Of a DNA stretch of 64,000 bases, positions 9,569-19,877 are shown piece after piece. Each line of letters starts with the position of its first letter. The stretch's first letter is position 1. The position numbers and the translations under genes are program-made. Under the pieces are notes generated by a model, which saw only the letters and a program-made list of their open reading frames with translations, was not told the origin of the DNA and searched no databases. The stretch comes from Bacillota bacterium (GTDB lineage Bacteria; Bacillota; Sulfobacillia; JAJZYS01; JAJYTV01), in NCBI GenBank assembly GCA_021793215.1, contig JAJYTE010000001.1, positions 18,329-82,328 on the forward strand, written 5' to 3'.

Positions 9569-10542
9569 TCTGCGAGTGGACCGTGACGGAGAATGCCTGG
9601 CGCATCGAGGATGGGCTCTACCGCATCCTCCTGCCGCTGGGCTGGGACGTCCCGTTCGTCAACGCGTACCTACTCGAGAGCGATGGCCAGTACATGCTGA
9701 TCGACGCGGGGTGGTCGAGCCGCACGAGCCTGCGCGCACTGGGACGGGCGCTCAAGGCGATCGGGGTGCCGCCGCGCGGTCTCTCCCGACTGCTCCTGAC
9801 GCACAGCCACCCGGACCATGCGGGCGCGGCGGCGGCCGTGCAGTCCCACTGGGGCGGGAGCGTGCTCTTGCACCCACGCGGGCGCCGCGAGCGCCCCTCG
9901 GTCGCCCAGATGGGCGAGTGGGCCCGCGCGGAGGGGATGGAGGGAGAGCCCCTCGAGCGGATGCTCGCGGGGCGCCACGAACCGGAATCCGCCCTGCCTG
10001 ACGTGATCCAGCCGCTGGAGACGGGGCAGCTCCAGTTTGGGGACTTCTCCTTCGAGGTTCTGCACATGCCGGGCCACGCCCCGGGGCAGGTCGTCCTGCA
10101 CGAGCAGCGGCGCAGCTGGGTGTTCACCGCGGACCAACTCCTGACACCCCTCTCGCCGAACGTTTGGTACCAGTCGCACGGCATCGGGGACCCGCTCGGC
10201 GAGTACATTGAAAGCCTTGAGGCGACGGGGCGCATTCCCGCGGACCTCGTGCTGCCGGGTCACGGCGCGCCGTTCCACGGGGGCCCGCGCCAGGCGGCGC
10301 AGGATGCGCTCGCGTTCCAGCGCGACTACATCGCCCAGGTGGCGACGTGCGTCGACGGGCAGCCGCGCTCTTCCTGGCGCATCGTCGAGCGGCTCGCCGC
10401 AGTGGAGGGACGCCGCGCCGCGGATCCTGCGGAGCTCGCGGAGGTGCTGGCCGCTCTGGTGCACCTCGAGGCGGATGGGGCGATTCGACGCGAGGAAGGG
10501 GGCTGGGCGGCGACCGGCACGTCACGTGGCGAGGGGGACTAG
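9565..10542 (+). CDS. Metallo-beta-lactamase-fold hydrolase
   Basis: THSHPDH, PGHAPG, PGHG motifs and a C-terminal winged-helix-like tail. Confidence 0.88.
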   Translation: MICEWTVTENAWRIEDGLYRILLPLGWDVPFVNAYLLESDGQYMLIDAGWSSRTSLRALGRALKAIGVPPRGLSRLLLTHSHPDHAGAAAAVQSHWGGSVLLHPRGRRERPSVAQMGEWARAEGMEGEPLERMLAGRHEPESALPDVIQPLETGQLQFGDFSFEVLHMPGHAPGQVVLHEQRRSWVFTADQLLTPLSPNVWYQSHGIGDPLGEYIESLEATGRIPADLVLPGHGAPFHGGPRQAAQDALAFQRDYIAQVATCVDGQPRSSWRIVERLAAVEGRRAADPAELAEVLAALVHLEADGAIRREEGGWAATGTSRGEGD

Positions 10543-10559
10543 GAGGGGGAGGGAAGGCG

Positions 10560-12182
10560 ATGACGGCTGAGAGGCCCTGGGATCATCTGCGACGCCCGGG
10601 TACCGAGGGTGAGTTCAAGGTGCCGGAGCTTCTGGTGCATGACATCCTGCGGCAGACGGCGGGGGCCCATCCGGAGCTGATGGCGCTCGCGTTCTACCGG
10701 CAGGAGATGAGCTACGGGCAACTCTGGGACGACGCCCTGCGCATGGCGAACACGCTTCTTGGGCTCGGGCTGCGCCCGGACGACCGGGTGCTGCTGATGA
10801 TGCCGAACTGTCCGCAGTACGTGATCGCCTACTACGGGTGCCTCCTCGCCGGCGGCATCGTGACGCAGGTGAACCCGCTCTACGTGGAGCGCGAGCTCCT
10901 CTACCTCGCGAAAGACGCCGAGGCGCGCTTCCTCGTGGTGGCCGACGTGCTCTTGGAGAAAGTTCGCTCGCTCGAGGCCAAATCCAGCGTCGAGCACGTG
11001 ATCGTCGCCGAGCTCGGGGGCCAGGGCCTGCCAGAGGGGGTTCTCGGGCTGCGAGACCTCCTCGCGCGGGCAAGCGCGGAGGATCCCAAGGTGGCGCGCA
11101 GCCCAGAGGATGTCGCCGTGCTGCAGTACACGGGCGGCACGACCGGCCTGCCGAAGGGCGCGATGCTGACGCACCGGAACCTCGTGGCGAACACCTTGCA
11201 GAGCGTGACGCAGACGCCGGAGCCCGGCGCCTCCCGCGTCCTGCAGATCCTGCCCCTCTTCCACGTCTTCGGCATGCTCGTCCTGAACGTATCGGTCCTC
11301 CACGCCGCGCGGGTCGTGCTGCTGCCGCGCTTCGAGATCGACCAGGTGATGGCCGCGATCAAGGGCCACCAGATCACCGACTTCCCCGGCGTGCCGACCA
11401 TGTACATCGCCGTGCTGAACTACCCGGGCGCGGAGGACTACGGCATCGGGAACATCCAGCGGCTGAACGCCGGCGGGGCGGCGATGCCCGTCGAGGTGAT
11501 GCAGACCTTCGTCGACAAGTTCCACGCGGAGATCAGCGAGGGGTACGGCCTCACGGAGGCGTCGCCTGCGACCCACGCGAACCCCTCGCACGACCCGTCC
11601 CTGCGCCGGCCCGGCTCGATCGGCATCCCGATGCCCGGCACCGATGCGCGCATCGTCGACCTCGAGACCGGCACGCGCACCCTTGGCCCCGGGGAGGTCG
11701 GGGAGCTCGCGATCCAGGGTCCGCAGGTGATGAAGGGGTACTGGCGGCGCCCCGAGGAGACGCGGCTCGCGCTGCGGGACGGCTGGCTCTTCACCGGCGA
11801 CGTCGCCCGCATGGACGAGGACGGCTACTTCTACATCGTGGACCGCAAGAAGGAGATGATCATCGTCTCCGGCAATAATGTCTACCCGCGAGAGATCGAG
11901 GAGGTGCTCTACGAGCACCCGGACGTCTTGGAGGCCGCGGTGATCGGCGTACCCGATCCCTACAAGGGTGAGGTACCCAAGGCGTTCGTCGCGCTGCGCG
12001 AGGGCGCCCAGTCGACGGAGGCGGCGCTGCTCGCGCACCTTCGGGCGCAGCTCGCGCCCTTCAAGGTGCCGCGGACCGTGGAGCTGCGCCCGGAGCTGCC
12101 GAAGAGCGCAGTCGGCAAGCTCCTGCGCCGGGAACTCGCCGCGGAGGAGCGGGAGAGACGGGAGCGCGGCGCGCAGGCGTAG
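10560..12182 (+). CDS. lcfA: Long-chain fatty acid-CoA ligase
   Basis: YTGGTTGLPKG, EGYGLTE, TGD..MDEDGYFYIVDRKK, LPKSAVGK. Confidence 0.92.
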   Translation: MTAERPWDHLRRPGTEGEFKVPELLVHDILRQTAGAHPELMALAFYRQEMSYGQLWDDALRMANTLLGLGLRPDDRVLLMMPNCPQYVIAYYGCLLAGGIVTQVNPLYVERELLYLAKDAEARFLVVADVLLEKVRSLEAKSSVEHVIVAELGGQGLPEGVLGLRDLLARASAEDPKVARSPEDVAVLQYTGGTTGLPKGAMLTHRNLVANTLQSVTQTPEPGASRVLQILPLFHVFGMLVLNVSVLHAARVVLLPRFEIDQVMAAIKGHQITDFPGVPTMYIAVLNYPGAEDYGIGNIQRLNAGGAAMPVEVMQTFVDKFHAEISEGYGLTEASPATHANPSHDPSLRRPGSIGIPMPGTDARIVDLETGTRTLGPGEVGELAIQGPQVMKGYWRRPEETRLALRDGWLFTGDVARMDEDGYFYIVDRKKEMIIVSGNNVYPREIEEVLYEHPDVLEAAVIGVPDPYKGEVPKAFVALREGAQSTEAALLAHLRAQLAPFKVPRTVELRPELPKSAVGKLLRRELAAEERERRERGAQA

Positions 12183-12203
12183 CCGCGGAAGGGAGAATCA
12201 CGC

Positions 12204-12992
12204 ATGGAACCGGAGTTGCCAACACTTTCGGATCTCTTCTCGCTGCAGGGCCAGGTGGCGATCGTCACCGGCGGTTCGCGCGGTCTGGGTCTCGAGATGG
12301 CGGAAGGGCTGGGCGAGGCGGGAGCGCGCCTCGTGATCACGGCCCGCCGCGCGCCGGACCTGCGCACGGCGCAAGAGCACCTCGAGGGACGCGGCTTCGA
12401 GGTGATGACCCACGAGGGGTCCGTCGCGGACCCGGAGGCTGTGCAGAGCCTCGTAGGCGCCACGCGTGCGCGGTACGGCAGGATCGACATCCTCGTGAAC
12501 AACGCGGGCACGACCTGGGGCGCCCCGACCCTCGACATGCCGTACGAGCGCTGGCGCTACGTCATGGACACGAACGTGGACGGCACCTTCCTCCTCACCC
12601 AGGCGGTCTGCCGCGTGATGGTGGAGCAGGGCCACGGTGGACGGATCATCAACGTCGCCTCGGTCGCCGGGATGAAAGGGGCGACGCCCGAGCCCTTGAT
12701 GGCGATCGGCTACTCGACGTCGAAAGCGGCCATCATCGGCTTCACCCGGACGCTTGCGGCGCAGATGGCCGAACACGGCATCCTGGTGAACGCGATCTGT
12801 CCGGGCTTCTTCCCCACCAAGATGACGCGGGGCATCCTCGCGATCGCGGGTGCGGAGGTGGGCCTTGCGACGCCGCTCGGCAGGATCGGCCGGCCAGGCG
12901 AGCTGAAGGGCGTCGCCGTCTTCCTGGCGTCCGGAGCCAGTTCCTACATCACAGGGCAGGCGCTGGCGGTCGACGGCGGCGTGACCGCGTAG
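12204..12992 (+). CDS. SDR oxidoreductase (gluconate 5-dehydrogenase-like)
   Basis: TGGSRGLG, NNAG, YSTSK, NAICPGFFPT. Confidence 0.88.
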   Translation: MEPELPTLSDLFSLQGQVAIVTGGSRGLGLEMAEGLGEAGARLVITARRAPDLRTAQEHLEGRGFEVMTHEGSVADPEAVQSLVGATRARYGRIDILVNNAGTTWGAPTLDMPYERWRYVMDTNVDGTFLLTQAVCRVMVEQGHGGRIINVASVAGMKGATPEPLMAIGYSTSKAAIIGFTRTLAAQMAEHGILVNAICPGFFPTKMTRGILAIAGAEVGLATPLGRIGRPGELKGVAVFLASGASSYITGQALAVDGGVTA

Positions 12993-13029
12993 GCGCGTAG
13001 GCGCACAGGTTGCAGAGGAGGGAATCGAG

Positions 13030-14196
13030 TTGGCGGATGCAGTGATCGTGAGCGCGGTACGCACCGCGATCGCGCGAGCGCCTGGCGCCTTGCAGCATGT
13101 GCCGCCCGAGATGTTCGGTGCGGCCGTGATGCGGGAGGCCGTGCGTCGCGCCGGGCTTGAGGGCGGCGAGGTTGAGGATGTCATCTGGGGCAACACGATG
13201 GCGGGCGGCGGCAACATGGGTCGGCTCACTGCCCTGCAGGCGGGTCTCGGGGTCGAGGTGCCGGCCCTGACCGTGGATCGGCAGTGCGGATCTGGACTGC
13301 AGGCGATCTGCCTCGCGGGTCAGGCGATCGCCGCGGGAGACGGCGAGATCCTGCTCGCGGGCGGCAGTGAATCGATGACGCGCGCGCCCTATCTGATGGA
13401 GAGGCCGCAGGCGGCCTTCCAGCGCATGCCGCCGCGTTTCATGCGGCCGAGGCTCTCGCCGGACGCCATCGGCGACCCGCCGATGGGCGTGACCGCGGAG
13501 AACGTCGCACGCAGGTACTCGGTGAGCCGCGCAGACCAGGACGCCTTCGCGCTGCGCTCGCAGCAGAACGCCGCGCGCGCGATCCGCGAGGGGAGGTTCA
13601 TGGAGCAGATCCTGCCGCTCCCGATCCCCGCGGCGAAGGGGGAGGCCGTGCCCTTCGCCCAGGATGAGCACCCGCGCCCGGACACGACCCTCGAGCGGCT
13701 CGCGGCACTGCGGCCCGCGTTCCTGGAAGATGGCAGCGTCACGGCGGGCAACACGTCTGGCATCAACGACGGAGCCGGGGCGACCGTCGTGATGTCGGCC
13801 GCCGCGGCCGAGCGCCGGGGTCTTCAGCCGCTCGGGCGGCTCGTGGCATGGGCCGTCGCGGGCGTCGATCCGAACCTGATGGGCATGGGGCCCGTGCCGG
13901 CGGTGCGCAAGGTGCTCGGCAAGGCGAAGATGACGCTCGAGCAGATCGACCTCATCGAGCTGAACGAGGCGTTCGCCAGCCAGTCCCTCGCCTGCATCCG
14001 CGAGCTCGGCATGGACATGGAGCGGGTGAACGTCAACGGCGGAGCGATCGCGCTCGGACACCCGATCGCTGCCACCGGCGCGATCCTGACGGCGAAGCTG
14101 CTGTACGAGCTGCGCCGAAGCGGCGGACGCTTCGGACTCGTGACCGCATGCATCGGCGGAGGACAGGGCATCGCGGCCATCTTCGAACGCGTATAG
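13030..14196 (+). CDS. Thiolase (acetyl-CoA C-acyltransferase)
   Basis: [27 protein letters not shown]. Confidence 0.95.
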   Translation: MADAVIVSAVRTAIARAPGALQHVPPEMFGAAVMREAVRRAGLEGGEVEDVIWGNTMAGGGNMGRLTALQAGLGVEVPALTVDRQCGSGLQAICLAGQAIAAGDGEILLAGGSESMTRAPYLMERPQAAFQRMPPRFMRPRLSPDAIGDPPMGVTAENVARRYSVSRADQDAFALRSQQNAARAIREGRFMEQILPLPIPAAKGEAVPFAQDEHPRPDTTLERLAALRPAFLEDGSVTAGNTSGINDGAGATVVMSAAAAERRGLQPLGRLVAWAVAGVDPNLMGMGPVPAVRKVLGKAKMTLEQIDLIELNEAFASQSLACIRELGMDMERVNVNGGAIALGHPIAATGAILTAKLLYELRRSGGRFGLVTACIGGGQGIAAIFERV

Positions 14197-14287
14197 CGCC
14201 GGGAGCGAGGAGAGGAGGTCCTGGCGTAGCGGCGAAAACGCCCGAGCCCAGGCGCGATCGCCGGGTGCATTACGCGAACGCGCCGCG

Positions 14288-14884
14288 TCACTCGCGGCGG
14301 ATGCCGCCCTCGAGCACGATGTGGAACAGGACCTGGGACATCTCGTCGGGGCGCATCGGCCGTCCGGGCCGGAACCAACGGAACGCCCAGTTGAACGTGC
14401 CGAGCAGAACGAAGCTGAAGATCTTCGGATCAAGGTCCGGCCGCAGCTGGCCGCTGCGGATCGCCTCCTCCACGAGGCCGCGCATCAGCGCCTCGTAGCG
14501 GTCCCGCTTCACCTGGACGAGCGAGAACTTCTCCTGCGTCAGGAAGCGGGACTCGTTGTGGAAGACGGCCATGTGGTCATGGAACGTCGACATGCTCTCG
14601 AGCAGGTGGTTCAGGATGCGCTGGAGCTTCTCCACGGGGTCGCCTGGCCAGCGCGCCGCGCCCTCCGCGAAGGCGAGCAGGTGGTCGATGAACGTGTCGT
14701 GGAAAAGCAGAAGAAGGTCTTCTTTGGACTCGAAGTAGTGGTAGAACGCGCCCTTTGAGCACCCCGCCGCCTTGATGACGTCCTGCAGCGACGTGGCGTG
14801 GTAGCCGCGCTCGCCGAACAGGCGCAGGGCGGCGTTCATGATGTTCGTGCGCGTGTCCTCGGTAGTCGGTGGGATCTGCGGCAT
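14288..14884 (-). CDS. TetR-family regulator (KstR2-like C-terminal domain)
   Basis: [11 protein letters not shown]...[12 protein letters not shown] and C-terminal [10 protein letters not shown]. Convergent on the acyl-CoA operon. Start may be 14920. Confidence 0.88.
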   Translation of the reverse strand: MPQIPPTTEDTRTNIMNAALRLFGERGYHATSLQDVIKAAGCSKGAFYHYFESKEDLLLLFHDTFIDHLLAFAEGAARWPGDPVEKLQRILNHLLESMSTFHDHMAVFHNESRFLTQEKFSLVQVKRDRYEALMRGLVEEAIRSGQLRPDLDPKIFSFVLLGTFNWAFRWFRPGRPMRPDEMSQVLFHIVLEGGIRRE

Positions 14885-15164
14885 GGCTTCCTTTGAAACC
14901 TCCGTGGTCTTGGCGTCCACTCGCAGTTCGTCAGGCGTCGCGCGGATTCCTTGGAAACCGATACTCCACTCGATACTCTGGATCGGCCTGGGAGGATGAT
15001 GCCCTGACGCTCAGCATGCCCGGGACGTTTCGCCGCACACGCGGGAGGATTGGCGCTCAGCGTGCCACCGCGACGAGACAGCGGCAGAGGCACTCCCGCG
15101 CCAGCGCAGCGCACGCCGGCGGATGGTACGCTTTTTGGGAAGCGACCTAAAGGAGTGGTGCGTC

Positions 15165-16640
15165 ACCTGCGGCATCGTCGCGGCCATCGGAGAGATCGAC
15201 GAGGCGCAGCTCCTGCGTATGCTCCGGCGCCTTTCGCATCGCGGCCCCGACGACGAGGGCCGCGTCCGGCTCGCCTGCGCGTGGCTCGGCCAGCGGCGGC
15301 TTTCGATCGTCGACGTCGCGGGCGGCGCGCAGCCGATCGCGGACGAGGCGGAGAACCTTCACATCGTCGCCAACGGCGAGATCTACAACCACCAGGAGCT
15401 GCGATCCGCGCTACCGCGGCACAGCTTTCGGTCACGCTCCGACACCGAGGCGGCGCTGCACCTCGTCGAGCAGGAGGGCGCCGAGGCGATCGCGCAACTC
15501 GAGGGCATGTACGCCTTCGCGATCGCGGGGAAGGACGGACGCTTCCTTGTGGCGCGCGACCCTGTGGGCATCAAGCCGCTCTACTGGTCGGAGGATGGCA
15601 AAACGCACCTCTTCGCCTCGGAGCTGAGGGCCTACGACCGCGCCAGGCTCCCGAGGGTGCGTGAGTTCCCGCCGGGGCACTACTGGACGCTCGCGGACGG
15701 CGTCGTGCGGTTCGCAACGCTGCCGCTGAACTCCTCGGCAACGCCTTCCCGGACACTCGAGCGCGCCTCAAGGAGCGCAGGACGCTCCTTGAGGCGGCCG
15801 TATCCCGCCGGATGATGTCGGACGTGCCGCTCGGCGTATTCCTCTCCGGCGGCCTCGACAGCAGCATCGTCGCCGCGATCGCGGCGCGCATCGCCGAACG
15901 GGACGGTCGGCGGCTCATGTCGTTCGCCGTGGGCAGCGAGTGCAGCCCGGACCTTCTGGCGGCGCGCGAGGTCGCGGCCTTCATCGGAACCGAGCACCAC
16001 GAGGCGATCTTCGATCCATCCCAGGCGCAGGCGCTCCTACCGACCGTGATCCGCAGCATGGAACTCTTCGATCCCCGCACGGTGCGAAGCGCCCTCGCGA
16101 ACTACCTGGTCGCGGAGCTCGCGGGGCGCCACGTCAAGGTCGTGCTGACGGGTGAAGGTTCCGATGGGCTACCGTTACGTGCGCTCGCTCAGCGGGCAAG
16201 AACTCCCTGAGGAGCTCCAGCGCTCCGTCCTGACGCTGCCCAATCTGAACCTCCAGCGCTGCGACCGCACGACGATGGCGCACGGCCTCGAGGCGCGGGT
16301 GCCGTTCCTCGATCTCGAAGTGGTCGCGTACGCGATGGCGCTGCCGCCGGAGTGGAAGCTCCACGCGCCGGACGGGGGCGGCCCGCGCGTCGAGAAGTGG
16401 ATTCTGCGGCGAGCGTTCGAGGGTTACCTGCCGCATGGCATCCTCTGGCGCACGGAGAGTCAGTTCGGCGACGGGAGCGGCATGCGCGACGCGCTGAAGG
16501 CGTCGGCCCCAACCTCGACCGCCGATGCGGCAGCCCGCCTTCGCACCGCCGAGGCAGCGCACTACTTCTCGCTCTTCGCCGAAGACTACGCGGGCGTCGA
16601 CGTGGCGGCCGCCGTCGGCCGATGCGAGACGATGGTCTAG
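15165..16640 (+). pseudogene. asnB: Asparagine synthase (glutamine-hydrolysing) pseudogene
   Basis: CGI, HRGPD, NGEIYN, SDTE, SGGLDSS, GEGSD and EARVPFLD are split over three frames. ACC stands where the start Met should precede CGI. Frameshifts near 15765 and 16165. Confidence 0.85.
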
Positions 16641-16643
16641 AGG

Positions 16644-18188
16644 CTACAGACCCAGCTGTCGGCAGCGCTCCGCGAGTGGGGAGCGCTCTGCCGACTCGAG
16701 CTCCACGCAGGCGAACAGGTCCTGCCCGCGCATCCTCTGCGCGATGAAGCTCAGGCCGTCGGCTCCGCGGCTGAGGTACGGGCTGTCGATCTGCTCTGGG
16801 TCGCCGATCAGCACGACCTTGGTGCCCTTGCCGGCGCGCTTCACGGTGATCGCCGCTTGGTGCGGCGTCACGTTCTGCGCCTCGTCGAGGATCAGGAAGC
16901 GCTGCGAGAAGCTGCGGCCCCTGAAGAACGAGATCGATTTGAACTCGATCTGCCCCAGGCGCTTCAGGTAGTCGACCCGGTCCTCAAGCGTCTCCCGCTC
17001 TGGCCGGGTGCTGCGGGCGCCGCGCCGTGGGCGTTCGAAGAGCGCCTCGAGCGCGTCGTAGGCCGGCATGACCCATTCGCGCATCTTCTCCTCCTCGGTA
17101 CCGGGCAGCGCGCCGAGGTCGCGCCCCATCGGCACGATCTCCCGCGTGTAGATGACCTTCTCCATCTCCTGCCGCTCGGCGAGCTCCATGCCCACGGCGA
17201 TCGCGAGGAGGGTCTTGCCGGAGCCCTGCGGACCGAGGAGCGTCACGAGGGACTTGCGTGGGTTCAAGAGGGCGTCGAGCGCGAAGATCTGCTCGTCGTT
17301 GCGCGCTTCGAGACTGCCGTAGACCTTGAGGCCGGGGCGGTAGGAGCTGAGCGGGCGCACAGCGCCCTCGACCACTTCCCAGTAGCCCTTGCGCAGCAGC
17401 GCGACGTGCCCTTGGCCGAAGCCGAGCTCGCTGCGGGGCCTCCCGCCGTAGAAGGCGTCGAGCTCCTCCGCGGGGAGGGACGTCTCCCGCTCGCCGAGAC
17501 AGCGGCGGCAGAGCCACTCGGATGCGGGCGGATCGGAGTAGCGTACGATCTGGCGGGCGTCCTCGGCGCCGCACGCGCCGCAGGACTCCTGAACCCGCGC
17601 GAGGACGTAGTCGCTCTCCACGATGTCGTAGCCCCTGACATCCGCCGCGAGGCTCTGGAGCTTCACGCCGTCCGCCTCGACCTGCGCGTAGAGCGCCGGC
17701 GACACCCGGAGACGGACGATGCCGCCGTGCTCCACCGGTCCCGCCTGGTCGTTCCTGTAGGCCTCAGAGCGGATCGCCATGCTGCGGGCCTTCACCCGCA
17801 GGTTGAAGTCGTTGGAGACGAGCGCGACCTGACCCTCGGGATCCGCCTGCTGCAGTGCGGCAGCCACCGCGAGGATGCGGTGGTCCGCCTTCTCGATGTC
17901 GAGGCCGCGCGGCAGGAGGTCTCCCTCCTGGTGGTTGAGCTCGATGCGCAGCGTGCCGCCGTTCGGCAGTGGAGCCCCTCGGACGATGTCGCCCTCGGCG
18001 GAGATCTGGTCCATCAGGCGGATCGCGGCGCGCGCGTTCGCGCCGATGCCGTCCACGTGGGTCTTGAAGCGGTCCAGTTCCTCGATGGTGACGATCGGGA
18101 TCACGACCGTGTTGCCCTCGCCGAACGTCAGTAGGGACTGCGGGTTGTGCAGGAGCACGTTGGTGTCGAGGACGAACTGCTTGCCCAA
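16644..18188 (-). CDS. PIN-PhoH (PhoH2/YlaK-like) RNase-ATPase with Cys4 insert
   Basis: FVLDTNVLLH PIN domain, GPQGSGKT, FRGRSF, DEAQN, GDPEQID. TTG start after AGGAG. Confidence 0.9.
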   Translation of the reverse strand: MGKQFVLDTNVLLHNPQSLLTFGEGNTVVIPIVTIEELDRFKTHVDGIGANARAAIRLMDQISAEGDIVRGAPLPNGGTLRIELNHQEGDLLPRGLDIEKADHRILAVAAALQQADPEGQVALVSNDFNLRVKARSMAIRSEAYRNDQAGPVEHGGIVRLRVSPALYAQVEADGVKLQSLAADVRGYDIVESDYVLARVQESCGACGAEDARQIVRYSDPPASEWLCRRCLGERETSLPAEELDAFYGGRPRSELGFGQGHVALLRKGYWEVVEGAVRPLSSYRPGLKVYGSLEARNDEQIFALDALLNPRKSLVTLLGPQGSGKTLLAIAVGMELAERQEMEKVIYTREIVPMGRDLGALPGTEEEKMREWVMPAYDALEALFERPRRGARSTRPERETLEDRVDYLKRLGQIEFKSISFFRGRSFSQRFLILDEAQNVTPHQAAITVKRAGKGTKVVLIGDPEQIDSPYLSRGADGLSFIAQRMRGQDLFACVELESAERSPLAERCRQLGL

Positions 18189-18325
18189 AAACCTACTCCT
18201 CTCACCGACCAGACCCTGCATGGGAATTTGCCGAAGGTGCTGCCGCGTCCTGCGCCGGAACGAAACCCGACAGAGATTGACAGGGCATCGGGACGGAGAT
18301 CCGGGAAGCGGGCGAGAGGACGCGA

Positions 18326-18355
18326 GCAGCGCCGCCTCGCGCGAGGCGGCGCTGC
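18326..18355. terminator. 30-bp perfect palindrome downstream of tlp (probable terminator or stabiliser)
   Basis: GCAGCGCCGCCTCGC/GCGAGGCGGCGCTGC. One arm is repeated at 18365-18378. Confidence 0.55.
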
Positions 18356-18388
18356 ACATGTCCGGCGAGGCGGCGCTGTTCGCCCACG

Positions 18389-18616
18389 CTAGCGCGAGCG
18401 GTCCTCCGCCTCGTCCTCGATCTCCGCACGGAATCCCTCGATCGCGTCCTCCCGCTGCTCCTGCTGGCGCGCGAGGTCACGGCGCTCTTCGGGGCCCAGG
18501 CCGTGCGCCCTCAGGTAGTCGTCGGTCTCGCGCATGTTCTCCATCGTGTTCGACAGCGATTCCTGCAGGCGCTCGACGTTGTTGGAGCGGTCATCCGGCT
18601 TCGGTCGCCGCGGCAT
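18389..18616 (-). CDS. tlp: Small acid-soluble spore protein Tlp
   Basis: PKPDDRSNNVERLQ...NTMEN...REDAIEGFRAEIEDE matches the Bacillus/Clostridium Tlp pattern. Confidence 0.88.
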   Translation of the reverse strand: MPRRPKPDDRSNNVERLQESLSNTMENMRETDDYLRAHGLGPEERRDLARQQEQREDAIEGFRAEIEDEAEDRSR

Positions 18617-18636
18617 CGGCCATCACTCCTCGGTCG

Positions 18637-18667
18637 TAGCCTCCCCGCGCGCGGGGCAGGCCATGAC
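18637..18667 (-). promoter_or_regulatory. Possible forespore (SigF/G-type) promoter for tlp
   Basis: Minus strand GTCATG-15 nt-GGGGAGGCTA resembles SigF GCATR-N15-GGNNANNNTA. Confidence 0.3.
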
Positions 18668-18674
18668 GGCGAAG

Positions 18675-19877
18675 CTACGCGACCCAGTGCGCGGTCGTGA
18701 AGAGCGCGACGAACAAGCCGCCGATCGCGATGCTGACCCACAGGAGCGGGCGGGTCCAGCCGGGCCGCCGCGAGAGCAGCACGCCGGCGGCGAGGAAGAT
18801 CGGCCACGCGGACAGCAGGAAGCGCGGGGAGGACATCAGCGGCACGCCCGAAGACGGGTAGAGGATCGGCACGACGAGCACCACCAGCGCGTAGGACCAG
18901 AGCGCCGGCCGCAGTAGCTTCACGGCGTAGACCAGAAGGACGATGCCGACGATGGCGAAGACGAGGTTCCAAACGTTTGAGACGCCGATGATCGGCTTCC
19001 CGTTCGCGAAGAGCTCGTGCCATGTGAACTGGTGCAGGTGGCCGGCGAAGGCGGACACCGACTGCCACAGGGTGACCCACGGGAGCGCGAAGTGGCGCCC
19101 CCAGTGCACCTGGGCGCTCTGGAACGCCAGAGGGCTGCCGAGGTGCGCGTAGAGGTAGATCATGTACGCCAGCAGGCCGAGCGGCACGAGGAGGAGCGAG
19201 AGCCACTCGCGCCAAGGTCGGCGCTCCTGCCAGAGCGTGATCAGGATCGGCAGGCCGAGCAGCAGGCCGTCGACCGACGCCGCGGAGGCGATGCCCGCCA
19301 CCAGCGCCGCCCACGCGTAGCGCCGCAGTGACAGCAGGTAGAGGGCGCCAACCGAAAGCGCAAGCACCAGCGCCTCGGGGTAGACGGCGTTGAAGTAGAA
19401 GCTGCTCGGGAAGAATACGAGCACCAGGGCGGCGTACCAAGCAGCCTCATGTCCAAGTTCGCGGCGGGCGAGCAGGAAGAAGAGCCAGGCACCGACGCCG
19501 AAGCAGAGCAGCGACAGAAGGACACCGGAGAGCGCTGTGCTTCCGAGAAGGTGCAATAGCGCGGGGTAGAGAGGGAAGAACGCCGTGGAGACGGAGCGCC
19601 CGGCGTAGCCGAGCGTGGCGATCGAGAGGTACCAGTATCCGTCCCAGTGCGCCCAGACGCCGAGCAGGCTCTGCGTCCAGTAGCCGGCCGCCGGCGGGAG
19701 GTAGCCCGGCACGCTCTGCACCCAGGCGTGCTGCAGGAAGCGGAACGCGAGCGCCCCGGCCTCGAAGATCAGCACGCGCGACAAGGCGACGATACCGACC
19801 AGCACGGCGATCGGGGACACGCGCGCGGTCGCGCCCTCGGCGCTCGGCGGCTCGTGGGATGAGACGGCGCGGTTCAA
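18675..19877 (-). CDS. GT-C membrane mannosyltransferase (PIG-V-like)
   Basis: HWDGYWYLSIATLGY, AFFPLYP, FFPSSFYFNAVYPEAL, WGR, PRF; multiple TM helices. Confidence 0.85.
   Translation of the reverse strand: MNRAVSSHEPPSAEGATARVSPIAVLVGIVALSRVLIFEAGALAFRFLQHAWVQSVPGYLPPAAGYWTQSLLGVWAHWDGYWYLSIATLGYAGRSVSTAFFPLYPALLHLLGSTALSGVLLSLLCFGVGAWLFFLLARRELGHEAAWYAALVLVFFPSSFYFNAVYPEALVLALSVGALYLLSLRRYAWAALVAGIASAASVDGLLLGLPILITLWQERRPWREWLSLLLVPLGLLAYMIYLYAHLGSPLAFQSAQVHWGRHFALPWVTLWQSVSAFAGHLHQFTWHELFANGKPIIGVSNVWNLVFAIVGIVLLVYAVKLLRPALWSYALVVLVVPILYPSSGVPLMSSPRFLLSAWPIFLAAGVLLSRRPGWTRPLLWVSIAIGGLFVALFTTAHWVA

Noticed and set aside
14958-14978. CGATACTC direct repeat upstream of tetR
   Set aside because: Only two 8-mers with no further support; could be chance or simple promoter elements.
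15740-15800. Programmed -1 ribosomal frameshift in asnB
   Set aside because: No slippery heptamer before the hairpin, and the gene has two other independent lesions.
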